In this document: piece by piece, positions 1-7,261 of the stretch
Numbering within the stretch: the stretch's first letter is position 1
How the letters are laid out: every line of letters begins with the position of its first letter
DNA from: a virus
Length of the DNA stretch: 21,872 nucleotides
Virus record (IMG/VR): IMGVR_UViG_3300042988_002239
Coordinates: 1 to 21,872 of that record
Reading direction: 5' to 3' (one strand)
Made by a program: the position numbers and the translations under genes
The notes under the pieces: generated by a model
What the model was told of the DNA's origin: nothing
What the model saw: the letters and a program-made list of their open reading frames with translations, nothing else
Database searches by the model: none

Positions 1-1256
1 TGCTCTGGGGTGGCGACCGCTCGCTCGGGAAGCTGGTGCGGGAGCGGTATCCGACCGTCGACGGACTCTACGGTGAGTTCAACCAGCTCGAGCAGAAGAT
101 GCTCGCGCACGCGCGGGCGGCCAAGACAGCCAAACTGGGACACCTGCCGACGACCGAGGTCGTCCCAAGGGAGGTTCTTGCGGCCTGGGTCAAGGCTCGG
201 GTCGCGGTCATCGACAGCCTGTACAACAGCTCGCACGTGAGCTCGGGTCCGGATGGTTTCAATCACCGTGAGATCGAGAATCGGTGGCCGTTCATCCTGG
301 CCCTACGAGAGAGCGAGCGCGCCGGTATCCATGTTGATATGGATGCCATCCAACGGCTGCTTCCAGAGGCTGGCGGCGCTAACGCAGCAGCCCTTCGTTC
401 CATGCAGGGGCAGGCCAAGGATGGCTTCGTCACCACCCTGTTCAACCCGATCGGCTCCAAGACCGGCCGGCTCCGGGTCGAGGCGGGGTTCAACACGCAC
501 GGCGTTCCAGACGACACCTGCAGGAAGGCGATAACCTCCAGGTTCGAGGATGGTCTAATCTACACCTTCGACTTCAACGCCATTGACTACAGGTGCATGG
601 TGAAGTCGGTCGGCGGAGACTTCGCCAAGCTCTACGACGGAGTCGATGACTTCCACGAGCGGACCACCCGTTTCCTGTTCGACCAGCCGAACAACCTGCG
701 CCGCAAGATCATCAAGATGATCAGCTACGCTTATATCTACGGGGGCTCGGTCGAGACGATCATTGAGACCACCGGGCTCAAGCGGGAGTACGTCGAGGCG
801 GCGCTGAAGAAGCTCGACGAGAACATCCGGCCGATCGCTGACTTCCGGGAGAAGCTGCACCGGGATGGGCAGCGGGATAAGTTCATAGACGCTCCTGGCG
901 GCAGGAGAGTGTACATATACCCTGACGACCACCCGGGAAAGGTGCTGGGGCTGTACGCTCAGACCTATAGCTCGTGGGTGTTCGAGCAGGCGTTCACGGC
1001 GGTGCACCAGCTTCTCAAAGCTCGTGACACTGGCAGCGTGATCATCTTTTCTGTCCACGATGAACTGGTGGTGGACATGAGGAAGTTTGACCAGGAAGAT
1101 CTGCCGGACCTTATTCGTTCCGCGATGGAGCAGGCCGGCGGTGGTGGTTGGAAGGTTCGCGTCAAGAAAGGCGGTTCATACGGTGAGCAAGCTGAGCGAA
1201 GAGCAGATCCTGAAGAACAAGGAAGTAGTCGAGAAGCTGATCGAGTCGTTTCCTGA
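1..1256 (+). CDS. Family-A (Pol I-like) DNA polymerase, C-terminal polymerase domain; 5' end lies outside the window (reading frame starts at nt 3)
   Basis: The frame is open from nt 3 with no stop. Motif A-like 'DFNAIDYR', motif B-like 'RRKIIKMISYAYIYGG' and motif C 'SVHDELVVD' occur in the canonical order and spacing. The last ~20 codons, which overlap the next gene, look like low-complexity read-through. Confidence 0.85.
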   Translation, partial: LWGGDRSLGKLVRERYPTVDGLYGEFNQLEQKMLAHARAAKTAKLGHLPTTEVVPREVLAAWVKARVAVIDSLYNSSHVSSGPDGFNHREIENRWPFILALRESERAGIHVDMDAIQRLLPEAGGANAAALRSMQGQAKDGFVTTLFNPIGSKTGRLRVEAGFNTHGVPDDTCRKAITSRFEDGLIYTFDFNAIDYRCMVKSVGGDFAKLYDGVDDFHERTTRFLFDQPNNLRRKIIKMISYAYIYGGSVETIIETTGLKREYVEAALKKLDENIRPIADFREKLHRDGQRDKFIDAPGGRRVYIYPDDHPGKVLGLYAQTYSSWVFEQAFTAVHQLLKARDTGSVIIFSVHDELVVDMRKFDQEDLPDLIRSAMEQAGGGGWKVRVKKGGSYGEQAERRADPEEQGSSREADRVVS

Positions 1257-1791
1257 GCCACGTCGTGGCCTAGTCCAGGCGATGATGGCGGGTCCGGTCG
1301 GCGAAGAGTATTTCGTCGCTCCCGCGTCGACCAAGGAAGAGCACCACTCCGCCTTCCCGGGCGGGCTGGCTGATCACAGCCTTCGGGTCGTCCGGCACCT
1401 GCGGAACCTCGCCAAGACGCTCTGTCCCGATAAGTTCAAGACCGAGACGCTGGATTTTGTGGGTCTGTTTCACGACCTGGGCAAGACCGGCGACATGGTC
1501 GTTCCCTACTACAAGCTGCTCGAGGGTCCCAAGCACTCCTGGAAACGGGAGAGGGGCGAGTTCTACGAGACGAACAAGGAGTGCGTCCATATGCCCACGC
1601 AGGAAAGGGCCCTGTTCATTCTCCAGAATTATGAAATTGTCTTAACAGCTGATGAATACTTGGCTATCCGGCTCCACGACGGCCAGTATGATCCCAGCAA
1701 CGTCAAGTACGCCATGAAGGAGCCTGATCTGGCCCTTCTGGTCCACTTTGCCGATAGGTGGGCTACCGCCCAGGAAAAGATCTCAGTCTAG
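1183..1791 (+). CDS. HD-domain (HDIG-type) metal-dependent phosphohydrolase; start uncertain (GTG 1183 preferred, ATG 1087 or ATG 1282 possible)
   Basis: 'LADHSLRVVRH' ... 'LFHDLGK' ... 'IRLHDG' ... 'HFADRW' gives an H..HD..D pattern. GTG 1183 follows an AAAGG purine tract. Protein-like sequence 'SKLSEEQILKNKEVVEKLIESF' begins there. Confidence 0.7.
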   Translation: MSKLSEEQILKNKEVVEKLIESFPEPRRGLVQAMMAGPVGEEYFVAPASTKEEHHSAFPGGLADHSLRVVRHLRNLAKTLCPDKFKTETLDFVGLFHDLGKTGDMVVPYYKLLEGPKHSWKRERGEFYETNKECVHMPTQERALFILQNYEIVLTADEYLAIRLHDGQYDPSNVKYAMKEPDLALLVHFADRWATAQEKISV

Positions 1792-1856
1792 ACATAAACG
1801 GTGTCTCTTCATCTACTTAAGTCGAATCGGTATCATAACCTATTGGAGACACTGCA

Positions 1857-2555
1857 ATGCCCCTGAAGATCTCACGCGAGCTCCTTGAGCAGCTTGTCAT
1901 AGAAGAGCTGGCCAAGCATATCTACCGCCTCGACGAGGCGCCCCCGGGTCGTAGCACTGTCCTGGATGATGAGGATCCTGAGCAGCTTCCCGGCGAGGAA
2001 GAGGTCCCGAACCCAGGCAACGCTCCTGAGGAACAGCTCCCGACTGACAGCCCGATCGATGGGATCGAGGGTGGCGGCGAAGAGGAGGGCGGTGAGGATG
2101 TCGAGGACGGCGGCGACGAGGATCCGGCCGATATGGACCTGGACGCCCTGCTGAAGGGTGACGAGCCGCCCGACGAAGAGGAGGAGGGGACGGTCGCCGG
2201 CGAGATCAAGGACAAGACCATCGAGCAGATCACTGTCGACGAGGACAGCAAGATCATGCCGGGCGCGACCGAGATCATCTTCGTCTTCCGCGAGAACCCG
2301 GACGCTTTCCGCATCCTGGTGACCAAGACCGGCAAGGTGAAGTACTTCTACCGCGGCCTGCACAACTCGGTCACCGCGCCTGTCGCGCCGATGCCGGCTG
2401 ACGACGCTCCTGAGGACGAGATGGACCTGCTGGGCGGCGAAGAGGGTGAGGAGGGACCTGGCGGTGACGATCTGGCTGCTATGGCGGGTATGCCGTCTCC
2501 AGATGATGAGGGAGGACTGCCCCCTCCCGATGACGAAGAGGAGCAGCTTCCATAA
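1857..2555 (+). CDS. Extremely acidic (D/E/G/P-rich) protein with a small ordered central core; function unknown
   Basis: ATG is preceded by 'TTGGAGACA'. Long runs such as 'GGGEEEGGEDVEDGGDEDPADMDLD', 'DEPPDEEEEG' and 'PPDDEEEQLP' flank a core 'IIFVFRENPDAFRILVTKTGKVKYFYRG'. The stop overlaps the next start (TAATG). Confidence 0.65.
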   Translation: MPLKISRELLEQLVIEELAKHIYRLDEAPPGRSTVLDDEDPEQLPGEEEVPNPGNAPEEQLPTDSPIDGIEGGGEEEGGEDVEDGGDEDPADMDLDALLKGDEPPDEEEEGTVAGEIKDKTIEQITVDEDSKIMPGATEIIFVFRENPDAFRILVTKTGKVKYFYRGLHNSVTAPVAPMPADDAPEDEMDLLGGEEGEEGPGGDDLAAMAGMPSPDDEGGLPPPDDEEEQLP

Positions 2556-3037
2556 TGCCAAAACTGACTGAGCTCTTTTCGCCGAGCTCTCAACTGCCAG
2601 AGAGTGAGGGAAAGACCTGCCCTAACTGCGAGCAGGGACACCACGAGCGGTGTCGAGATTCATGGTGCGATTGCTGCGCTGGCAGTTACAAGACTCCGAA
2701 GATGGAGGCAGTGTTCAAGGAAGTTCAGGGCAACAACCTTATTCAACAGATGAAGACAGCGACACCACAGCCTGCAGCCAAGATAACGCAGCAGGCGCAG
2801 GACGCGTTGAAGAACCAGCGACAGACGTTGCAAGGCGTAGCTAAGGGACAGGGAAACATCGTCAAGCAGGGCAAGACGGATCCGAACAATCCAGTCCCAA
2901 ATACGTTTGTCGTCAAGCCGGACGGCAGCGCAGACGTCATCGATCCGACCACGGGTCAATTAAAGCCAGTCCCTGGTATCGGTCAAGGAAAACCAGTTGA
3001 TCCGATGAAGAACACAGGAGTGATGGGAACGGCCTAA
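2555..3037 (+). CDS. Hypothetical protein with an N-terminal Cys/His cluster (putative Zn-binding) and a Q/K/P/G-rich tail
   Basis: 'CPNCEQGHHERCRDSWCDCC' lies near the N-terminus. The start is translationally coupled to the upstream gene. Confidence 0.55.
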   Translation: MPKLTELFSPSSQLPESEGKTCPNCEQGHHERCRDSWCDCCAGSYKTPKMEAVFKEVQGNNLIQQMKTATPQPAAKITQQAQDALKNQRQTLQGVAKGQGNIVKQGKTDPNNPVPNTFVVKPDGSADVIDPTTGQLKPVPGIGQGKPVDPMKNTGVMGTA

Positions 3038-3064
3038 CCCTAGGGATCGGAGTTCAAATGAGAA

Positions 3065-3421
3065 ATGGACCTCACAGAGTCTATCACCAAAGCGCTAATC
3101 GACCATGTTTTTCTCATCGCAGGCCTCGCAGTCATCTTCTGGTGGGGTCTTAAAAACGTTTTGCCCCGTGAGATCAAGGGGATGCTTACAAACGGCGGTG
3201 GCGAGATAATCAGGCGGATCGTCAAAGAGGAAAACGCGGAGAGCGAGGGCCGTCAGTCAGATGAGCTCCGTAAGATCATCAAAGATCATGAGCAGATCGA
3301 GCTCCATCACTTCGAGAAGCTTCTGCAGCAGGACGGCGAGATCCAGCAGCAGCTGGCTCGGCACGACGAGCGGCTGAAGGTGCTCGAGGACGATGTGAAA
3401 GAGCTTATGAGAAAGAACTAG
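3065..3421 (+). CDS. Small membrane-anchored coiled-coil protein (one N-terminal TM helix)
   Basis: Hydrophobic 'VFLIAGLAVIFWWGL' is followed by a charged heptad-like region 'HFEKLLQQDGEIQQQLARHDERLKVLEDDVKELM'. GGAG lies upstream. Confidence 0.6.
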   Translation: MDLTESITKALIDHVFLIAGLAVIFWWGLKNVLPREIKGMLTNGGGEIIRRIVKEENAESEGRQSDELRKIIKDHEQIELHHFEKLLQQDGEIQQQLARHDERLKVLEDDVKELMRKN

Positions 3422-3431
3422 GAGAGCTTAG

Positions 3432-4667
3432 ATGGACGACATCACCAGACTTATCGAGGATGTCATCAAGTCTCTGAAGTCAGAGGCCTCGCATATGGCC
3501 TATGATAAGGTTCAGACCCAGGTCGGTCCCGGCAAGGGCGCCCAGAAGGGCCACGGCAACATCGGAGGGATGCGGAACCGCGGCATACCAGGATACCCAG
3601 TCCCCACCCGGCTCGCCACCACGCGTGGCACAGATGATCGTGACGAGGCCGGAGGTCTGGAGGTGCTAGAGGGTGGTCCGATCGACCGGATGACGGGCGC
3701 GACCGACTTCTCGGGCGATTCTAGAGTAGATAATGTCGGGCTCGATGACGCGGCTCGAGCCAATGAGGGCGCGCGTGATTGGTTGAAGGCGGGTGTGGCC
3801 GCGGCGGCGCTTGGAATGGCGTCACCCACCGCGATCGATGACACTGAGCCCCCGCCTCCGCAAGCTCAGGTTCAACCAACGAAGCTGTCCCGCACGGAGA
3901 TGTGCCACGCCGCTGAGAAGAAGTACGGGCTCCCCCACAACCTGCTGTTGGCTATGATCCAGATCGAGAGCTCTGGCAATGCCGGCGCGGTCTCGAAGGC
4001 GGGAGCACGCGGTATCCTGCAGATCATGCCCGCGACCGCGATCGAGCTCGGCGTCGATGATCCGCATGATGAGGAGCAGGCGATCGAGGGTGCGGGTAAA
4101 TACATGCAGAAGCTGTTGAAGAGGTTTAACGGAAATGTCACCCGGGCGCTGCAGGCCTACAACGCCGGCCCGAACAAGCATCCGAAGAAGTTCAAAGTAG
4201 AGACGAAGAAGTATCCCAAGAAGGTCCTCTTCATGAAGGCCCTGTTGGACAAGCGTGAGAAGCAGGCGGGTGTCAAGGAAGTTGTTGAAACGATCATTCG
4301 CGAGATGGGGATGGGTGGATCTGGAACTGGGCGTGGGTACGAGGGTGGCGGGCGTGGCGGCAGCGGCTCTTGGTCTGGTTACAACCCGCGCGGAAACTTC
4401 TTGGACCACGACGAGGAAGACGACGAGGACATCGCCGCGTTGAACCCGTCGACCGAGCCCGCGCCGGGCGCGCCGCAAGAGTATCAACAGTTAGCGCGCT
4501 CTCCCTCCACCAGAATGCTACCTATGGGTAATCACGGGCATCCCAACTCTGATTTACCGAGCGTAAATAAGATAGAAGGTGAGGATGACGAGGACCAGCT
4601 CAGGGATCCGACTGACCTTGGCGAGGCTATCTTGAATATCCTTAGGAAAAAGTCTGTTGTAAAATAA
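3432..4667 (+). CDS. Lytic transglycosylase (SLT domain) protein with long flanking low-complexity regions
   Basis: AGGAG lies upstream of the ATG. SLT signature 'LLLAMIQIESSGNAGAVSKAGARGILQIMPATA' contains the catalytic E-S motif and a GLMQ-like motif, and 'ALQAYNAGPNK' follows. There is a Gly-rich stretch and an acidic C-terminus. Confidence 0.85.
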   Translation: MDDITRLIEDVIKSLKSEASHMAYDKVQTQVGPGKGAQKGHGNIGGMRNRGIPGYPVPTRLATTRGTDDRDEAGGLEVLEGGPIDRMTGATDFSGDSRVDNVGLDDAARANEGARDWLKAGVAAAALGMASPTAIDDTEPPPPQAQVQPTKLSRTEMCHAAEKKYGLPHNLLLAMIQIESSGNAGAVSKAGARGILQIMPATAIELGVDDPHDEEQAIEGAGKYMQKLLKRFNGNVTRALQAYNAGPNKHPKKFKVETKKYPKKVLFMKALLDKREKQAGVKEVVETIIREMGMGGSGTGRGYEGGGRGGSGSWSGYNPRGNFLDHDEEDDEDIAALNPSTEPAPGAPQEYQQLARSPSTRMLPMGNHGHPNSDLPSVNKIEGEDDEDQLRDPTDLGEAILNILRKKSVVK

Positions 4668-4670
4668 CAT

Positions 4671-5225
4671 ATGGGAAAAAAGAGAGAGTTCTTTCAGCAT
4701 CATCCGTTGCCTGAAGCTCTGGAGACCCATCTTAAGAGCTTCCTTTCTGTCCCGCAGTACGATTTCCTGTCTCCTGTGCCCACGACCGACAGAGTCAGGA
4801 ACCAGATAACCGCCGAGATGCTGAAGCTGAAGGGGCATCACGTCCAGGCTTTCGGCAGCGGGTCGCACGGGACGGACGCGCTGTTCTTCAGGCCGGGTGA
4901 GGACGGTATCACGATCATCGAGTTCGCTGAGATGAAGAGCTGCTACGTTCCTGACACTGGAAAGAGCGCAAACTACTTCGAATATGGCAAGATTTCAGCA
5001 GAGGTCTGTGACAGGCTTGCCGGTGAGGTCCAGATTCTTTCTAGATTCAAGAAGTGTAACGACAGTCTGGACAGGATGGTAGACTGCCACATAATTTATC
5101 CGGGCTCTCCGTTTCATGAATTCCTTTCTAGAACAAGCTCTACGCTCAAGGCCGGAGCTCAACCCGTAAGGCTCCGTTTCAGCCTGAAACAGATGAAAGA
5201 GATGGGTGCGATCAAGGTACTTTGA
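4671..5225 (+). CDS. Hypothetical protein with a PD-(D/E)xK / VRR-NUC-like nuclease motif
   Basis: 'GSHGTDALFFRPGEDGITIIEFAEMKS' fits G-x-D ... hydrophobic strand ... E-x-K. The local sequence is visibly AT-richer than the neighbours. Confidence 0.45.
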   Translation: MGKKREFFQHHPLPEALETHLKSFLSVPQYDFLSPVPTTDRVRNQITAEMLKLKGHHVQAFGSGSHGTDALFFRPGEDGITIIEFAEMKSCYVPDTGKSANYFEYGKISAEVCDRLAGEVQILSRFKKCNDSLDRMVDCHIIYPGSPFHEFLSRTSSTLKAGAQPVRLRFSLKQMKEMGAIKVL

Positions 5226-5228
5226 CCT

Positions 5229-5762
5229 ATGGAACACTGGAACTATGCACTTTGTAACCCTCGTGGTAACGATGGAGCAAAGATGTTCCTTTTGAACCGT
5301 TCGAAGACCCTGATAACAGTCCACAAACGCCTGAAATTTGATCCGGCACATCTTTTCAAGAGATTGGAGGAAGTCGGTTTCCCTTTTCGGTTTAGCGAAG
5401 GCCTGGAGAAGATCCATTTCACGATCATCCCAAAAGCTACAGCCGGATACTACGTCGATAACAAGATCTGGGTTGATGTCAGCCAGAAGGGCGTCGATTG
5501 GGTCCTAGAGACTTTCATCCATGAGGTTGGGCATCATGTAGATGAGGAAGAAGCAGTCGCGTCGTTCCTGCACGAGGAGAGATTGAAGCGGTCAAAGTAC
5601 ATGCACGAGATCTTCTCAAAGAAGTCAGATGATGAGTATTTGGCGACAGGATTTGAGTGGTTTTACTCTGAGGATCATGATCGTAAGAGGGCGCTGCGTA
5701 AGAAGAATCCGTTGCTGTACCGCACCATCCAGATGCTTCACCAGGACTACCGCCGGAAGTAA
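5229..5762 (+). CDS. Putative Zn metallopeptidase-like protein (HExxH)
   Basis: 'TFIHEVGHHVDEEE' gives an HExxH plus a downstream acidic residue. It starts 4 nt after the previous stop. Confidence 0.45.
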   Translation: MEHWNYALCNPRGNDGAKMFLLNRSKTLITVHKRLKFDPAHLFKRLEEVGFPFRFSEGLEKIHFTIIPKATAGYYVDNKIWVDVSQKGVDWVLETFIHEVGHHVDEEEAVASFLHEERLKRSKYMHEIFSKKSDDEYLATGFEWFYSEDHDRKRALRKKNPLLYRTIQMLHQDYRRK

Positions 5763-5805
5763 AAAGCGCATTAGAAAGCCTATTTAGATTGCATACCAAC
5801 GAGCC

Positions 5806-5821
5806 GCGGGAATGGTCCCGC
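5806..5821 (+). promoter_or_regulatory. GC-rich hairpin (GCGGGA-atgg-TCCCGC) immediately 5' of the SSB Shine-Dalgarno
   Basis: A 6-bp perfect stem with a 4-nt loop ends 2 nt before 'AGGAGAAAAACATG'. Confidence 0.35.
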
Positions 5822-5834
5822 ATAGGAGAAAAAC

Positions 5835-6698
5835 ATGGGAAACACACTTGCAGAACTGAAGGCCCGTCTGTCCACTCTCAACCGCAAGACCACGAAGAAC
5901 AACGACATTTGGAAGCCGAAGGATGAGCACGATGTTCGTTTGATCAAGTCTGACGTAGAAGAGCTCTTCGTGGAGCGCGCGTTCCACTTCAACATCGGAG
6001 ATGCCCGAGACCTGCTCTGCCCGAAGATTAACTTCGGTGAGGAGTGCGTGATCTGTGATTACGCTGAGGTCCTGCGCAAGTGGAAGGACGACAAGGGCCG
6101 TGACAAGCCGGAAGTTATCCGGAAGCAGGACTTCGAGATCTTCAAGAAGATCCAGGCGACCTCGAAGGTGTATGTGCCGATGGTTGAGCGCACCGAGGAT
6201 GGCAAGGGCATCAGCTCTCCGGCCTGGTGGGCTCTGACCCAGAATCAGGCCAACCAGATCCTGGAGGTCTGTTCTGATCCTGACCGCCTCCGTGAGTGCG
6301 GGATCGACCCCGATGACGCAGACAACGCGATGGACGCTGTGTTCAGCCCCACCAAGGCGTTCGACCTGCACGTCTCGTTCAAGAAGCCGGGCGAGAAGGA
6401 GAACAAGAAGACGTTCACCGTCATCGACATCAAGCCGAAGTACAAGCCCTCGCCCCTGACCGGAAACAAGGCCAAGGACGCGGAGCTCGCGGCTGAGGTG
6501 AAGCCTCTCAAGGATGTCTTCGAGCGGACGACCTCGGCGGACGTCGAGCGGGCATTCGCCAAGTGGCTCGGCAGCGGCGGCAAGGAAGCGAAGCCCGAGG
6601 GTGGCAAGGAGTACGCTCCCAAGACCACGGAGAAGGCCGAGAAGGCCGGGACCCGCAAGGTCGAAGAGGCGTTCGAAGAGCTGCTCGGCGGTAAGTAA
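5835..6698 (+). CDS. T4 gp32-like single-stranded DNA-binding protein (Zn-finger type)
   Basis: 'H-x10-C-x8-C-x2-C' ('HFNIGDARDLLCPKINFGEECVIC') resembles the gp32 His/Cys3 Zn site. There is a basic N-terminal 'LAELKARLSTLNRK' and an acidic C-terminal tail 'KVEEAFEELLGG'. The gene sits next to the recombinase. Confidence 0.75.
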   Translation: MGNTLAELKARLSTLNRKTTKNNDIWKPKDEHDVRLIKSDVEELFVERAFHFNIGDARDLLCPKINFGEECVICDYAEVLRKWKDDKGRDKPEVIRKQDFEIFKKIQATSKVYVPMVERTEDGKGISSPAWWALTQNQANQILEVCSDPDRLRECGIDPDDADNAMDAVFSPTKAFDLHVSFKKPGEKENKKTFTVIDIKPKYKPSPLTGNKAKDAELAAEVKPLKDVFERTTSADVERAFAKWLGSGGKEAKPEGGKEYAPKTTEKAEKAGTRKVEEAFEELLGGK

Positions 6699-6715
6699 GA
6701 AACCCTACTTAGGAT

Positions 6716-6750
6716 GAGGGCTGGTGGTCTCGATTGGGACCGCCACCCTC
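6716..6750 (+). terminator. Strong stem-loop after the SSB gene (13 bp with one bulged C); weak U-tract, so it may be a terminator or an RNA-stability/processing element
   Basis: GAGGGCTGGTGGTC ... GACCGCCACCCTC. It is followed by CCCTATTGG rather than a clean T-run. Confidence 0.4.
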
Positions 6751-6766
6751 CCCTATTGGAGAAAAC

Positions 6767-7261
6767 ATGGCAAATACAGAAAAATTCTACCTCGTCAAGG
6801 ACTCGCTTCCTGGTCTGTCGGGGCTGCACGTTCGTGGGTACATGACAGCTACCACTGGCAGAAACTATCCACGCGTCGAGGTGGTCGAGATCATCACCAA
6901 CGCGGTCGTGGGAGACCGGGATGTCAAGTTCCAGATCCCCCGGTACTCGCTTTGGATCAATCCCGAGCACCTGACCGAGGTCGACGACATCACGCACGAG
7001 TACACGACCAAGAACGACTATGGCGAGTTCAGGTACGAGGGCAGACTGGTACAGGGCACGCTCCAGATCGTGTATGCCAAGTACGACAACGCCATCACGG
7101 TCACGGTGATCGAGACCTCGGTCGAACCGAGCAAGACGCTCTACTCGAAGACGTTCTACGACGACCACGATCGCGTGCTGGACGTGCTCGTTGGTGTTAT
7201 CTGCGGAGTGAATGACCCTGACGACGTGATTCTCGCGCTGAAAGAACTGGAGGATAACTAA
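6767..7261 (+). CDS. Hypothetical protein located between the SSB and the recombinase
   Basis: ATG 6767 is preceded by 'TTGGAGAAAAC', the same RBS context as the SSB gene. The stop overlaps the next ATG (TAATG). No motif recognised. Confidence 0.6.
   Translation: MANTEKFYLVKDSLPGLSGLHVRGYMTATTGRNYPRVEVVEIITNAVVGDRDVKFQIPRYSLWINPEHLTEVDDITHEYTTKNDYGEFRYEGRLVQGTLQIVYAKYDNAITVTVIETSVEPSKTLYSKTFYDDHDRVLDVLVGVICGVNDPDDVILALKELEDN

Noticed and set aside
1183-1256. Programmed frameshift fusing the polymerase to the HD protein
   Set aside because: No slippery heptamer or stimulatory structure was evident in the overlap. The polymerase sequence looks complete (its C-terminal 'VRVKKGGSYGE' resembles normal PolA ends). 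An ordinary overlapping gene pair is the simpler explanation.
1-1791. Z-genome (2-aminoadenine) cluster, suggested by PolA + HD hydrolase + MazG genes
   Set aside because: The diagnostic PurZ (adenylosuccinate-synthetase homologue) is absent from this window. The MazG genes sit next to a dCMP-hydroxymethylase-like gene instead. I keep it only as something to exclude by looking upstream.
3065-4667. Holin-endolysin lysis cassette (TM protein followed by SLT transglycosylase)
   Set aside because: The SLT protein is large (411 aa) with long low-complexity flanks, and it sits among early/replication genes. That also fits a virion-associated or other cell-wall-remodelling enzyme. No spanin pair is adjacent. 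The sequence supports no firm lysis call.
6245-7168. Long minus-strand ORFs (this 307-aa one, and also 8575-9441, 3822-4487, 1872-2561, 5784-6371, 7525-8202, 15670-16242, 20435-21088)
   Set aside because: Each lies antisense to a + strand gene that carries recognisable motifs or good RBS and coupling signals. Their products are low-complexity (R/S/P/L-rich) with no motifs. They are typical shadow ORFs of moderately GC-rich coding DNA.
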